Source: Myxococcota bacterium | GTDB taxonomy: Bacteria; Myxococcota_A; UBA9160; UBA4427 | Length of the DNA stretch: 64,000 nt | Reading direction: 5' to 3' | Assembly (NCBI GenBank): GCA_030748735.1 | Contig: JASMLK010000080.1 | Location: 16,697-80,696, forward strand | In this document: piece after piece, positions 1 through 8,934 of the stretch | Layout of the letters: each line of letters starts with the position of its first letter | How positions within the stretch are numbered: position 1 is the stretch's first letter | The notes under the pieces: generated by a model | What the model saw: the letters and a program-made list of their open reading frames with translations, nothing else | Told to the model about the DNA's origin: nothing | Databases searched by the model: none | Made by a program: the position numbers and the translations under genes

Positions 1-1386
1 GAAGGTCTCGCGCAAGCGGTTCTGGTGCTCGAGGTCGTCGGCGCTGAAGAGTTCTTCCATGAAGCCCTGCTTTTCGACGCCGATCCCGTGTTCGCCCGAC
101 AGCACCCCGCCCGCGGCGAGGCTCGCGCGCACGATCTCGTCGCCCGCGCGATGAACACGATCGATCTCGCCGGGAACGCGTGCATCGAAGATCAGCAGTG
201 GGTGCAGGTTGCCGTCACCCGCGTGGAAGACGTTCATCACCACGAGGTCGTGTCGTTCGGCGATGGCGTAGATCTCTTCGAGCACCGCGGCGAGCGAGGA
301 GCGCGGCACCACGGTGTCATGGAGGTAGTAGTCGGGTTTGATCTGGGCCACCGCGCCGAAGGCCGTCTTGCGTCCCTTCCACAGAAGCGCGCGCTCTTCT
401 TCGGTTTCGGCGCGGCGCACCGAAGTCGCGTGGTTGCGCTGGCCGATCTCTTCGATTCGTCGCGCATCGATGGCGATGCCGCCTTCGAGCCCCTCGACTT
501 CAGCGAGCAGGATCGCGGCCGCATCGCGGGGATAGCCAGCACCGACGAAGTTCTCGGCCGCGTTGGTGATCTTCTGGTCCATCACCTCCATCGCTGCGGG
601 GACCATCCCGGCGGCGACGATGTCGCTCACGGTTTGAGCGGCGTCGCGCATCGCGGAAAACGCCAGCAACAAGGTTCGCACGGCGGGTGGGTTCTTCGTG
701 AGACGCACGGCGACCTTCGTCGCAATGCCGAGTGTCCCTTCGCTGCCGACGAACGCACCGCGAAGATCCAGACCCGTTTCGTCGGGACCGATCTCGCCAA
801 AGACCGCGACCTCTCCCGAAGGAAGCACCACCTCGAGGGCCGCGATGTGCGCGTCCGTCACGCCGTAGGCCAGGCAATGGGGCCCCCCCGAGTTGTTGGC
901 GACGTTTCCGCCGATCGTACACACCTGTTGGCTCGAAGGATCGGGAGCGAAGTGGTAGCCGAGTGGGCGGAGTTGGTTCGAAAGATCGAGATTCACGACA
1001 CCCGGTTCGACCCAGGCAACGCGGTTGTCCCCGTCGATCTCGAGGATGCGATTCATCTTCATGAGCGAAACGACGATCGGCGCACCCAACGGTATCGCCC
1101 CACCTGCGAGCCCGGTTCCCGCGCCTCGCGGTACGATCGCCCGCCCGTGATCGATCGCGACACGCGTCAGCGCCTGCACCTCGGCCGTCGAAACCGGAAA
1201 GCAGATCGGACCACTCACGCCCCCCTCATCGAACGAAGCGTCGTGGGCGAACAAGGCGCGCTCGGCGGCATCGAAACGCACGCGGTCGTGAGCGAGGGCA
1301 CGGCGCAGATCCCGCAAGAGCGCCCGATCTGCTGGCGGAACCTTCCGCTCTGCGATTCGCACACGAACCGATTCGACGAAACCCAT
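1..1386 (-). CDS. FAD-linked oxidase, GlcD/glycolate-oxidase-like (partial; C-terminus lies beyond the window edge)
   Basis: Minus-strand frame is open from ATG at 1386 to position 1. It is absent from the ORF track because no stop lies in the window. My translation MGFVESVRV..VPRGAGTGLAGGAIP..VGSEGTLGIATK..FHAGDGNLHP..SGEHGIGVEKQ carries FAD_binding_4/GlcD hallmarks. The + ORF 25..1509 is its antisense shadow. Confidence 0.85.
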   Translation of the reverse strand, partial: MGFVESVRVRIAERKVPPADRALLRDLRRALAHDRVRFDAAERALFAHDASFDEGGVSGPICFPVSTAEVQALTRVAIDHGRAIVPRGAGTGLAGGAIPLGAPIVVSLMKMNRILEIDGDNRVAWVEPGVVNLDLSNQLRPLGYHFAPDPSSQQVCTIGGNVANNSGGPHCLAYGVTDAHIAALEVVLPSGEVAVFGEIGPDETGLDLRGAFVGSEGTLGIATKVAVRLTKNPPAVRTLLLAFSAMRDAAQTVSDIVAAGMVPAAMEVMDQKITNAAENFVGAGYPRDAAAILLAEVEGLEGGIAIDARRIEEIGQRNHATSVRRAETEEERALLWKGRKTAFGAVAQIKPDYYLHDTVVPRSSLAAVLEEIYAIAERHDLVVMNVFHAGDGNLHPLLIFDARVPGEIDRVHRAGDEIVRASLAAGGVLSGEHGIGVEKQGFMEELFSADDLEHQNRLRETF

Positions 1387-1433
1387 GGTACGCAACGTTC
1401 GCGCGAAGCCATGTGCTGCGTCAAGCGCGGCGA

Positions 1434-2450
1434 TCACGAATCGGAGCGAATCTCGACCATCACCTTGCCGAAGACTTCGCGATCGATCAGCGCCTGCATG
1501 CCTTCGTGAAGCCCTTCCATGGGGAGGACCCGATCGATCACGGGTTCGAACCCACCTTTGGCCACGAGATCGAGTAGTGCGATCTGCTCGTCCGGCATCC
1601 AGCCATTCGACCCGATGATGCGCTGCTCGTAGGTCCAGATGTAGCGGATGTCGGTCGGGGGATTGAAGCCGATGGTGGCGCCACAGGTGAGCATGCGCCC
1701 GTCGGCGCGAAGGCAACGAAGACTCTGCGCCCAGGTCTCGCCACCGATGTAGTTGATCGCGACATCGACGCCGCCCCCGACCCCCATGCGTGGCTTGCCC
1801 GAGATCGCATGGACCTGCGCGACCCAGTCCTCGGCTCGGCTATCGATCACGTGGTCCGCACCGAGTTCGCGCAAGCGGTCGAGCTTTTCGGGAGAACTCC
1901 CTGTCGCGATCACCGTGGCACCGACGCTCTTGGCGAGCTGAACACAGCCCGTGCCGACGCCACCGCTCGCACCGAGGACGAGAACCGTCTCGCCCGCTTC
2001 GACTCTGCCGCGCGTGCGCATCATGCGATACGCGGTGCCGTAGGCGATGGGCAGACTCGCGGCCTGAACGTCGCTCACCGCATCGGGAACGGCGATCAGG
2101 TTGGCCACCGGAATGCGCACCTGTTCACACGCGGCGCCGGTGCGCGTTTCTCCCGTCATCCCCTCGCCGAAGACGAAGGGGTGGGGGCAGACGCGGTCAC
2201 CGATCTTCCAGGCCCCCGGGTCGGTGTCGGGTCCGAAGCCCGCGATGCGGCCCGCGTAGTCGCCGCACGGGATCATCGGCATCGGGGTCTTCAAACCCGT
2301 CGAGCCGGCGAGCATCATCGGGTCGAAGCCGTTCATCGACGTGGCGCCCACGTCGATGAGCGCGTCCCCTTCACGCAACTCGGGGGGTGCGATGTCTTCG
2401 ACCACGAGGTCCGCGGGCGAACCGTGTTGGTGGTAGACGACTGCCTTCAT
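1434..2450 (-). CDS. MDR-family zinc-type alcohol dehydrogenase / NAD(P)H:quinone oxidoreductase-like
   Basis: 338-aa ORF. MKAVVYHQHG N-terminus, GDRV, and the Rossmann motif VLVLGASGGVGTGCVQLAK are typical of the MDR superfamily. Confidence 0.9.
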   Translation of the reverse strand: MKAVVYHQHGSPADLVVEDIAPPELREGDALIDVGATSMNGFDPMMLAGSTGLKTPMPMIPCGDYAGRIAGFGPDTDPGAWKIGDRVCPHPFVFGEGMTGETRTGAACEQVRIPVANLIAVPDAVSDVQAASLPIAYGTAYRMMRTRGRVEAGETVLVLGASGGVGTGCVQLAKSVGATVIATGSSPEKLDRLRELGADHVIDSRAEDWVAQVHAISGKPRMGVGGGVDVAINYIGGETWAQSLRCLRADGRMLTCGATIGFNPPTDIRYIWTYEQRIIGSNGWMPDEQIALLDLVAKGGFEPVIDRVLPMEGLHEGMQALIDREVFGKVMVEIRSDS

Positions 2451-2524
2451 GGTCGAGCCTCCACGCGACGCAGCAACCGAACGGGCGCTGCAACGCGCAG
2501 AAGACTACCGGACGCAGTCGGCCG

Positions 2525-3082
2525 TCAGAAGACGCTCTGCCCAAACGCCGCACCACACGGTGTGACCTCTTCCAGGGTCACGGCCGAAACGTCACAGCCC
2601 ACGAGCGCATTCACCCGGCTTCCGTCGCTCGCGGGTTTCACGAAGCCCCAGAACTGGCTCACGCCGTTCCCATCGATGTCGGCACCGGCATCGGCGGTGT
2701 AGCCGGAATCGCCGAGTCCCGCCGCGGTCGTGATTCCATAGGAGAAGAACACCCGACCGTCCGGTACGAACCCGAGGGTGATGAAGCCCGTGCTTGCCGT
2801 GGTGAATTCGGCCTGTGTCGTACCCGGGATCGCAGCTGGCTCGGCCGCGGCCGCGACGTAGCGACCGAATTCGCCGAAGTACGCTTCCTCGGCAGTGCGG
2901 ATGGCCGCCAGGTTCACCTTGGCTTCACTCGACTTCGTCTTCAACTGGAAGCGCAGGTAGGTGGGAATCGCCGTCGAGGCCAGCAAGCCGATGATCGCGA
3001 CCACGATCATCAATTCGATCAGGGTGAAGCCGCGTCGTGCCCCGGCCCGCCGGGTAGCTTGAATGACCGTCTGGGCTCGCAT
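2525..3082 (-). CDS. Type IV pilin-like protein (prepilin N-terminal cleavage/methylation domain)
   Basis: G|FTLIELMIVVAIIGLLA prepilin motif. Start moved to the internal Met (MRAQTVIQ) with GAGGAG upstream. Paralog of 38612..39154. Confidence 0.85.
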   Translation of the reverse strand: MRAQTVIQATRRAGARRGFTLIELMIVVAIIGLLASTAIPTYLRFQLKTKSSEAKVNLAAIRTAEEAYFGEFGRYVAAAAEPAAIPGTTQAEFTTASTGFITLGFVPDGRVFFSYGITTAAGLGDSGYTADAGADIDGNGVSQFWGFVKPASDGSRVNALVGCDVSAVTLEEVTPCGAAFGQSVF

Positions 3083-3282
3083 TGGGGGCACACTCCTCGA
3101 TTCGGCTCTCCTTTGGTACATCGGTCACGAAAGCGCGATCCATAGCTCCACTTTCCGCTGGGCACCAGATATGCAGTATCAACGCAGCCAGCGCGCACCA
3201 CGCGCGTAGCTCGCGGTACCTGGACATCGCCACACGACTGAAGCGGTAGCGGAAGGACACCCCCCTGCCCTCCGGAAGGCCG

Positions 3283-5460
3283 CTAGAAGCGGAAGGTCCA
3301 GCCGAGCTTCGCGCGGGGTTCGGTCTCGCCGCGTTCCCAGTCCCCGTCGTCGATCACGACACCCTGGTTCAGGACCAGGAAGAACTCGCGACCAGGCTCG
3401 ATGATCCAGCGCAGTCGCGTGTTCACGCCGATCGAGTCGCTGTCCGAGTCGTACTGGGCAAAGGTATTCCACGACACTTCGGGGTTGAACTGGATGTCGA
3501 CGCGGAAGCTCGCGATGTGGACGACGAAGTCGCCGAAATCCAGGTCCACGTCCCTTCGGTCGTAGGCCGCCGTGAAGACCAGATGCTTCGAGGGGCGCCA
3601 CGCCACGCTCGGCTCGACATCGAATCGATCGCCCTCGTAGAAGCCGCTGGCGCTCACGATCAGCCCTACCGACACGGGGCGACCATCGCTCGATGCCATC
3701 TCGACAGACCAGCGATTCCACGAATAGCGGCCGGGTTCGATCGCGACATCGCTGCGCAACGCGAAGGGATCGTCGTGGTCCTCGAAGACCCGGGCGTACG
3801 TCACCTTGAAGGTGTCCCCGGCTGCATTGGCGAGGTCGACGGGGTCGAAGGTGATTTCGGCCGACTCGAAGTCGTCGTGGCTATCGGTGACCAGCGAAGT
3901 CGTCACGCGATGGTCGAGGGTACGCACGAAGCGTTCGGGCCGGTGCCGAAAGCGATAGCTCGTGTAGTAGTTCCGCGTGCCTCCGTTGCGGCTCCTGAAG
4001 CCGAGCGCCGGATTGAAGTTTTCCTGGATGCCTTCGGCAATCACGTACCAGTAGACCCGATCGTTCGGGTAGACGAGCCGTGTCCCCCATGCCCAATCGT
4101 CGGAATCGACACCGCTGGTGTGGCTGTGCTGGGCCCACAGGCGGCCCACCACCGTGCGATTCCCGAGGAAGTCGCTCTTGCGGTAGTTCGCATCGGCTCC
4201 GAGGACCCAGTTTTCGTCGTCGCTGTTGGGGTCGCCGTGGGTGAAGATCAGCCCCGCTGTCGATTCCTCCAACACGTTCACCGACGCCCGGGCGACCGCG
4301 AGGTTCTTCACGCCGATCTTTTCGCGGCGACCGTCCGCGTCCGGCAGGCGTTGGTACTTGTCCGTCACGACGTCGACGAAGCCGACGTTGAGAGGCCCCA
4401 CGCGTCCGGTGACCTTCGTTCCGACCAGGATCGGGATCTCTTCGCCTTGGTTGCTCAGGCCGATGCGCCGAGAGAAGTACGGCAGTGGGTTTCGTTGCAG
4501 TCCGCCGAAGTCGAAGATGCCCGCGTCCTGCAGGAAGAACTGCCGCTTTTCGGGGAAGAACAGCGATGAACGCGTGAGATTGATCTGGCGTTCGTCGACT
4601 TCCGCTTCGCCGAAGTCGGTATTGACCGTGAGTGCGCCCGTAAGCGAGGGCGTGATGCGGTAGAAAGCATCGACACCGGGATCGAAGTCGGTGTCCTTCT
4701 TACCGGTCTGCCCGTCGTCGGTGTGACGCAGCGCGAGTTTGGGCACGACGTCGAGGCCGATCCCCTGTCGGATCCCCACGAGCCCCTCGAGGTGCCCGTT
4801 GCCGTTCATGTTGAAGGCTTCGATCTCGGGGGTGGGACTGGCCCAGCGATCCTCTTCGCCGTTGCGCTTGGTGTAGCGGACGATCTGCATGCCCCAGGTC
4901 GTGCGATCGTCTGCGACCGACAATGTCTGGAACGGGATCGCGACCTCCACGGCCCAACCCTGTGCATCGACACGCGCGTCGGCATACCAGATGCCGTCCC
5001 ACTCGTAGGATTCGTCGCTGTTCTCGATCAGGCCGTCGCGCTTGTTGCCGAGGGGGTTGATCTCGAACTGGTAGCCATTGCGGCGGTCGAGGAAGGTGTC
5101 GAGGCTGATCGTGATGCGATCGTCGCTCGCCATGTCGCCGTCGCGCACCATCTTGCTCGCGATGATGTCGCGCGGATCGCTTTCGTGGGCACGCACCGCG
5201 ATGTAGAGGAAGTCGGCGTCGTAGAGGACCCACACTTCGGTGCGCTGCGACGCTTCGCCGTAGGCCACCGGGATCTTCTGGCGCAGCCCTTCGATTCGCC
5301 CCGCCTGCTGCCACGCGTCTTCGACGATGCGTCCGTCGATCTCGGGAGGGTTTTCCGTGCGAACGGCACGCACGTGAACCGACTCTTCCTGGAACCCGAA
5401 GGCCACGTGGGGGAGCAACCCGCACAGCCCCAGCGCGATCGAAAGACCGCGCATCCACAT
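3283..5460 (-). CDS. Outer-membrane protein, CBM9-like N-domain plus DUF5916-type beta-barrel
   Basis: Signal peptide MWMRGLSIALGLCGLLPHVAFG. DGRIVEDAW..YIAVRAHE resembles a CBM9-like domain. Long alternating beta-strand region ends in ..GWTFRF (C-terminal Phe). Start chosen at the MWMRG Met. Confidence 0.8.
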   Translation of the reverse strand: MWMRGLSIALGLCGLLPHVAFGFQEESVHVRAVRTENPPEIDGRIVEDAWQQAGRIEGLRQKIPVAYGEASQRTEVWVLYDADFLYIAVRAHESDPRDIIASKMVRDGDMASDDRITISLDTFLDRRNGYQFEINPLGNKRDGLIENSDESYEWDGIWYADARVDAQGWAVEVAIPFQTLSVADDRTTWGMQIVRYTKRNGEEDRWASPTPEIEAFNMNGNGHLEGLVGIRQGIGLDVVPKLALRHTDDGQTGKKDTDFDPGVDAFYRITPSLTGALTVNTDFGEAEVDERQINLTRSSLFFPEKRQFFLQDAGIFDFGGLQRNPLPYFSRRIGLSNQGEEIPILVGTKVTGRVGPLNVGFVDVVTDKYQRLPDADGRREKIGVKNLAVARASVNVLEESTAGLIFTHGDPNSDDENWVLGADANYRKSDFLGNRTVVGRLWAQHSHTSGVDSDDWAWGTRLVYPNDRVYWYVIAEGIQENFNPALGFRSRNGGTRNYYTSYRFRHRPERFVRTLDHRVTTSLVTDSHDDFESAEITFDPVDLANAAGDTFKVTYARVFEDHDDPFALRSDVAIEPGRYSWNRWSVEMASSDGRPVSVGLIVSASGFYEGDRFDVEPSVAWRPSKHLVFTAAYDRRDVDLDFGDFVVHIASFRVDIQFNPEVSWNTFAQYDSDSDSIGVNTRLRWIIEPGREFFLVLNQGVVIDDGDWERGETEPRAKLGWTFRF

Positions 5461-5555
5461 CGAGACACGTGCGATGCGCTCGCCGCATCGCGGACCGGAG
5501 GTTGTTCGTCCTGACTGCACCGCGAGCGACGTTAGCAGCCCGTCCTTCGACCGTT

Positions 5556-6791
5556 CTACGCGTCGGATTCACCCGCGCGCCGCCGGCGACGGGCTGCGAG
5601 TTCGAGCTTCATCGACTTCAAGATCAAGCGCGGCAACCCCAGTGGATGCTGGCGCAGCTTGCGAAGCACCAGACGCAGCATATGGCGACGGCCATCGAAG
5701 TTCGCTTCGCGTTGCCCGTGCCCCATGTGCATGCCGAGGGCCGGAACGTCGATCACGTCGAGTGGGAGTTCGAAGCGAAACGTCTCGGTTCGCGGTGGCA
5801 GGCAGATGTCGTCGTTGCAGGCCTGGTAGCGCACGCGGACTTCGACTTCGGCGCTCGTCATGTCGAGGGGGCGCGTCTCGCTCGCAAGAACTCCCGTGGG
5901 ATAGACGGGGACCACAACGTCGAAGTCGCCACTGAAGACCGGTAGCTCCATGCCCATGCTCTCGAGGCGGAGGATTTCTGGCTCTGGCATCTGCGGCGGC
6001 TCGACGGCGAGCCCCGGAGGCCCAGCCACGTCGACCTGCAGCGGGATCATGCCTTCGGGCACCGGTTCGCCGTAGACGTGCATGCCCGCTGAGAGTTCGC
6101 AGCGAACGACGATCTGACGAATGACGCCCTGGCGAAGCGTCGCGCTGCCGCCGTGGACGAAAGCCGTCACGCGAACTTCGTCATCACCACCGCTGGCGCG
6201 CGGGGCGTCGTCTGCGATCACAGCGCGACCGAAGGCAGCGTCGATCAGCACTTCGGGGCTATCGCGCTTCTTGTAGGTGTCGTGAAAGAACTTCGCGACC
6301 ACGACACCCGCTTCGTCGGTCACGTAGACGCCGGGGTACGCAATGCCGTGGAGGAAGGCGTCGTCCTTGCCGACCTGGTCGTTCAGGATGCCGTATCGGC
6401 GGATGACTTCGGAGTCGATGTCGGAGAGCAGCCGAAACGGGATGTCCTGCTTGGCCGCAAACTCGCGGAGCACGGGCTGGTCGTCGTACGAGATTGCGTA
6501 GAGCTCGATCCCCGCGTCTTCGAACTTCGCAAAGGCGTCGCGCAGCTCACCGAGCTGCGTCCAGCACGGGGGTCACCAGACCGCGGAGCGATAGAAGACC
6601 ACCACCGCCTTCGCGTTGCCACGCGTCTTGTGGAAGTCGACGGGAACGCCGTCCTTGTCGGGCAACACGAAATCCGGGAGACGTTCGCCCACCTCGGGGC
6701 CAGTCGGGTGCGCGTTGGGCAGCCCGGAGCGAGCGGGGTGCCCGAGCGGCGCCGGGGCATCGAAACCGTGATGGTCGCGTTCGATCGTCAT
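5556..6791 (-). CDS. Predicted selenoprotein: PRX_like (AhpC/TSA redoxin) domain with W-U-P-P-C active site, fused to a DsbD-alpha-like domain; in-frame TGA at 6573..6575
   Basis: ORFs 6573..6791 and 5556..6473 are in the same frame, separated only by TGA (99 nt = 33 codons to the next listed Met). Read-through gives ..AVVVFYRSAVW-U-PPCWTQLGELRDAFAKFEDAGIELYAISYDD... The C-terminal half carries YQACNDDICLPP, a DsbD-alpha-type motif. GAGGAAGG RBS lies before the ATG at 6791. Confidence 0.75.
6541..6559 (-). promoter_or_regulatory. bSECIS-like hairpin downstream of the UGA at 6573..6575
   Basis: RNA reads UGA + 13 nt + CGCAGCUC-GGU-GAGCUGCG. Perfect 8-bp stem with a G-containing apical loop. 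Confidence 0.6.
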
Positions 6792-6856
6792 CGCCCTTCC
6801 TCGCTGTACACAGGTCGAGCCAGGCGCAACATCGCCCGGGCCTCGTTCCTCAGCGA

Positions 6857-7465
6857 TTACTGCATCGTAATCGCGGTCTGGAACGCCGGACGCTTTTCGA
6901 TGCGTCCGATGTACGCCTTCAGGTTCTTCAACTCGTCCGACACCTGTCCGAGGCGGTTCGCCATGAAGAGCGAATGCCCGAGCATGATGTCGGCGGCCGT
7001 GAAGTCACCCACGAGGTACTCACGCCCTTCGAGGGCTTCGTCGACGGGTGCAACCGCACGGCTCAACAGTCGCTGTGCCTGTCCCAACGCTTCTTCGTTG
7101 CGCCGTTCCGGTGGCAGCAACACCGTGTTGACCATGATGGTGTTGATCGGCGGCATCACCATGCCTTCGCAGTAATGGAACCACTGGAGGTATTCGGGGA
7201 ACTCGGGCGAGTCGATCGCCGGCTTGAGGCCACCATCGCCGTAGCGCGCCATCACATACTCGACGATCGCGCCAGATTCCCAGATACGCACGTCACCGTC
7301 GTCGAGCACGGGAATGCGACCGAGCGGATGCCGCGCGCGATGTTCGTCGGACTTCAGCTCCTTGGGATGGAAGGCCATCTTGTTGATCTCGTAGTCGAGA
7401 CCGAGTTCTTCGAACAGCCAGACGATGCGGCCCGCGCGCGAGTTGGGGGCGAAGTGGAGTTTCAT
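6857..7465 (-). CDS. Glutathione S-transferase
   Basis: MKLHFAPNSRAGRIVWLFEELGL..HPLGRIPVL..ESGAIVEY is a thioredoxin-like GST N-domain, followed by a helical C-domain. Start set at the Met preceded by AAGGA. Confidence 0.85.
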   Translation of the reverse strand: MKLHFAPNSRAGRIVWLFEELGLDYEINKMAFHPKELKSDEHRARHPLGRIPVLDDGDVRIWESGAIVEYVMARYGDGGLKPAIDSPEFPEYLQWFHYCEGMVMPPINTIMVNTVLLPPERRNEEALGQAQRLLSRAVAPVDEALEGREYLVGDFTAADIMLGHSLFMANRLGQVSDELKNLKAYIGRIEKRPAFQTAITMQ

Positions 7466-7498
7466 GAAGAGGGGTCCTTTGTAATGGCGCTCGTGTTG

Positions 7499-7514
7499 TG
7501 GCACTTAGAATGCC
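7499..7514 (+). promoter_or_regulatory. Sigma-54-type -24/-12 promoter candidate upstream of the MFS gene
   Basis: TGGCAC-TTAGA-ATGCC matches TGGCAC-N5-TTGC with correct GG..GC spacing. It lies on the same strand as, and upstream of, the transporter gene. Confidence 0.35.
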
Positions 7515-7637
7515 AATAGACGCATGGGCATGTCAAGCGGCCTCGCGTGCCGATGGGATGGCGCAGCACGGCTCGCGTTGTCGAAAAACGGGAGCGACGG
7601 GCGGGAGTGCAACCATCGGCGCGGTAGGCTCCACGAG

Positions 7638-8921
7638 GTGAGCGATGAGCCCGCAGCGCTGGAAACCTCCCCGCCCCTCGTCGGGGCCGAACCGTTCTTC
7701 GGTTGGCGTGTGCTCATCGCGACCTTCATGGCGCAGTTCATCTCGGCCAGCGTGACCTTCGCACCTTTCGGGGTGTTCGTCGTTCCACTGGTCAGCGACT
7801 TCGACACGACGCGCGGCAAGCTCTCGAATGCGCTGTCGATCGGCTTCCTCCTGATGGGGCTGCTGGGGCCGTGGGTGGGCACGCTGCTCGATCGCGGGCA
7901 CGCGCGACGCGCCATGACCGCCGGGCTCGTCGTCTGCGGCGGCGGCCTGATCGCCATGTCGTTCGCCCAGGAACTCTGGCTCCTCGGCGCCATCTACTGT
8001 GGCTGCGTTTGCGCGGGGACCGCGTTCTACGGAATGAACCCCTCGATGTGGATGGCGACCCAATGGTTCGATCACAAGCGGGGGCTCGCCCTCGGCATCA
8101 CGGTCGCGGGTGCGACCTTCGGGTCGATGATCACGCCGCCGCTGGCCGCCTGGCTGATCGAAACCTCGGGTTGGCGAGATGCCCTGTGGATACTCGGCGC
8201 AGGCGCCCTGGTGCTCGGGATTCCCGCCTTCGCCATCTATGCGATCGCCCACCCGGACGAAGTCGGCCAACGCCCGCTCACCGAGCCGGCTGCTGAAGAC
8301 GCCCCAAGCTCGTCCGGCACTGCGCCCGCTGCATTCGAAATGGAGCCGGTCGAAACGGGCACCCTGCTTCGCGACGTACGCCTCTGGTTGATCGCTGTCG
8401 GCTTTGCCTTCGTGTTCACGTCCCCGATCGTGATGATGGCCTGGCTCGTTCCCTTTGCAGAGGATCTGGGCATCACGCTTCAGGACGCTGCGTACTTCTT
8501 CTCGGCGTCCGCGCCGTTTTCGATCCTCAGCAAGATCGTCTTCGGTTGGCTCTCGGATCGGATGCCGCCCCGCATCGCGATCTGGACCGTCGCTGGAGTC
8601 AATGGCGCGTGCTGGGCGTTGCTCCTGATCGATCCGGGCTACACCGCGTTTCTGATGATCGGTGCGCTCTACGGCATCGGAATCGGCGCCGCGGGTCCGC
8701 TCCACGCCGTAACGATCGCCCGCTGCTTCGGACCGATGGCGTTTGGGCGGGCCGCCGGCCTCGGCGGGCTCGCGGGGCTACCGCTGATCGCCGCGACCCC
8801 GGCCATCGCGGGCTATCTGTTCGACCAGACCGCCAGCTATCACACCGTCTTCCAGCTCGAAGTGGCGCTGATGGTGGTCGGTGGGCTGCTGCTCTCGATT
8901 CCGCGTATTCCGAAGGCCTAG
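7638..8921 (+). CDS. MFS transporter
   Basis: About 12 hydrophobic segments, and a typical MFS loop LGPWVGTLLDRGHARR. The longest ORF starts at 7524, but its first ~38 residues are R/G/C-rich and not protein-like. I prefer GTG at 7638; the start remains uncertain. Confidence 0.8.
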   Translation: MSDEPAALETSPPLVGAEPFFGWRVLIATFMAQFISASVTFAPFGVFVVPLVSDFDTTRGKLSNALSIGFLLMGLLGPWVGTLLDRGHARRAMTAGLVVCGGGLIAMSFAQELWLLGAIYCGCVCAGTAFYGMNPSMWMATQWFDHKRGLALGITVAGATFGSMITPPLAAWLIETSGWRDALWILGAGALVLGIPAFAIYAIAHPDEVGQRPLTEPAAEDAPSSSGTAPAAFEMEPVETGTLLRDVRLWLIAVGFAFVFTSPIVMMAWLVPFAEDLGITLQDAAYFFSASAPFSILSKIVFGWLSDRMPPRIAIWTVAGVNGACWALLLIDPGYTAFLMIGALYGIGIGAAGPLHAVTIARCFGPMAFGRAAGLGGLAGLPLIAATPAIAGYLFDQTASYHTVFQLEVALMVVGGLLLSIPRIPKA

Positions 8922-8934
8922 CCCGGCGACTGGC

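Noticed and set aside
25-1509. 494-aa + strand ORF, and many other long ORFs in the track (for example 3517..4569, 21532..22737, 28242..30611, 30578..32386, 51518..52744, 51819..53585).
   Set aside because: These are antisense or out-of-frame shadows of real genes, which are common at this GC content. Their translations are Arg/Gly/His/Asp-rich with no family motifs, while the opposite or alternate frame carries clear domain signatures.
3159-3175. Sigma-54-like motif GGGCAC-N5-ATGCA in the pilin/OMP intergenic region, which would be attractive as a pilin promoter.
   Set aside because: It lies on the + strand, whereas both flanking genes are on the - strand. The minus strand shows the elements in reversed order, so it cannot drive the pilin gene.
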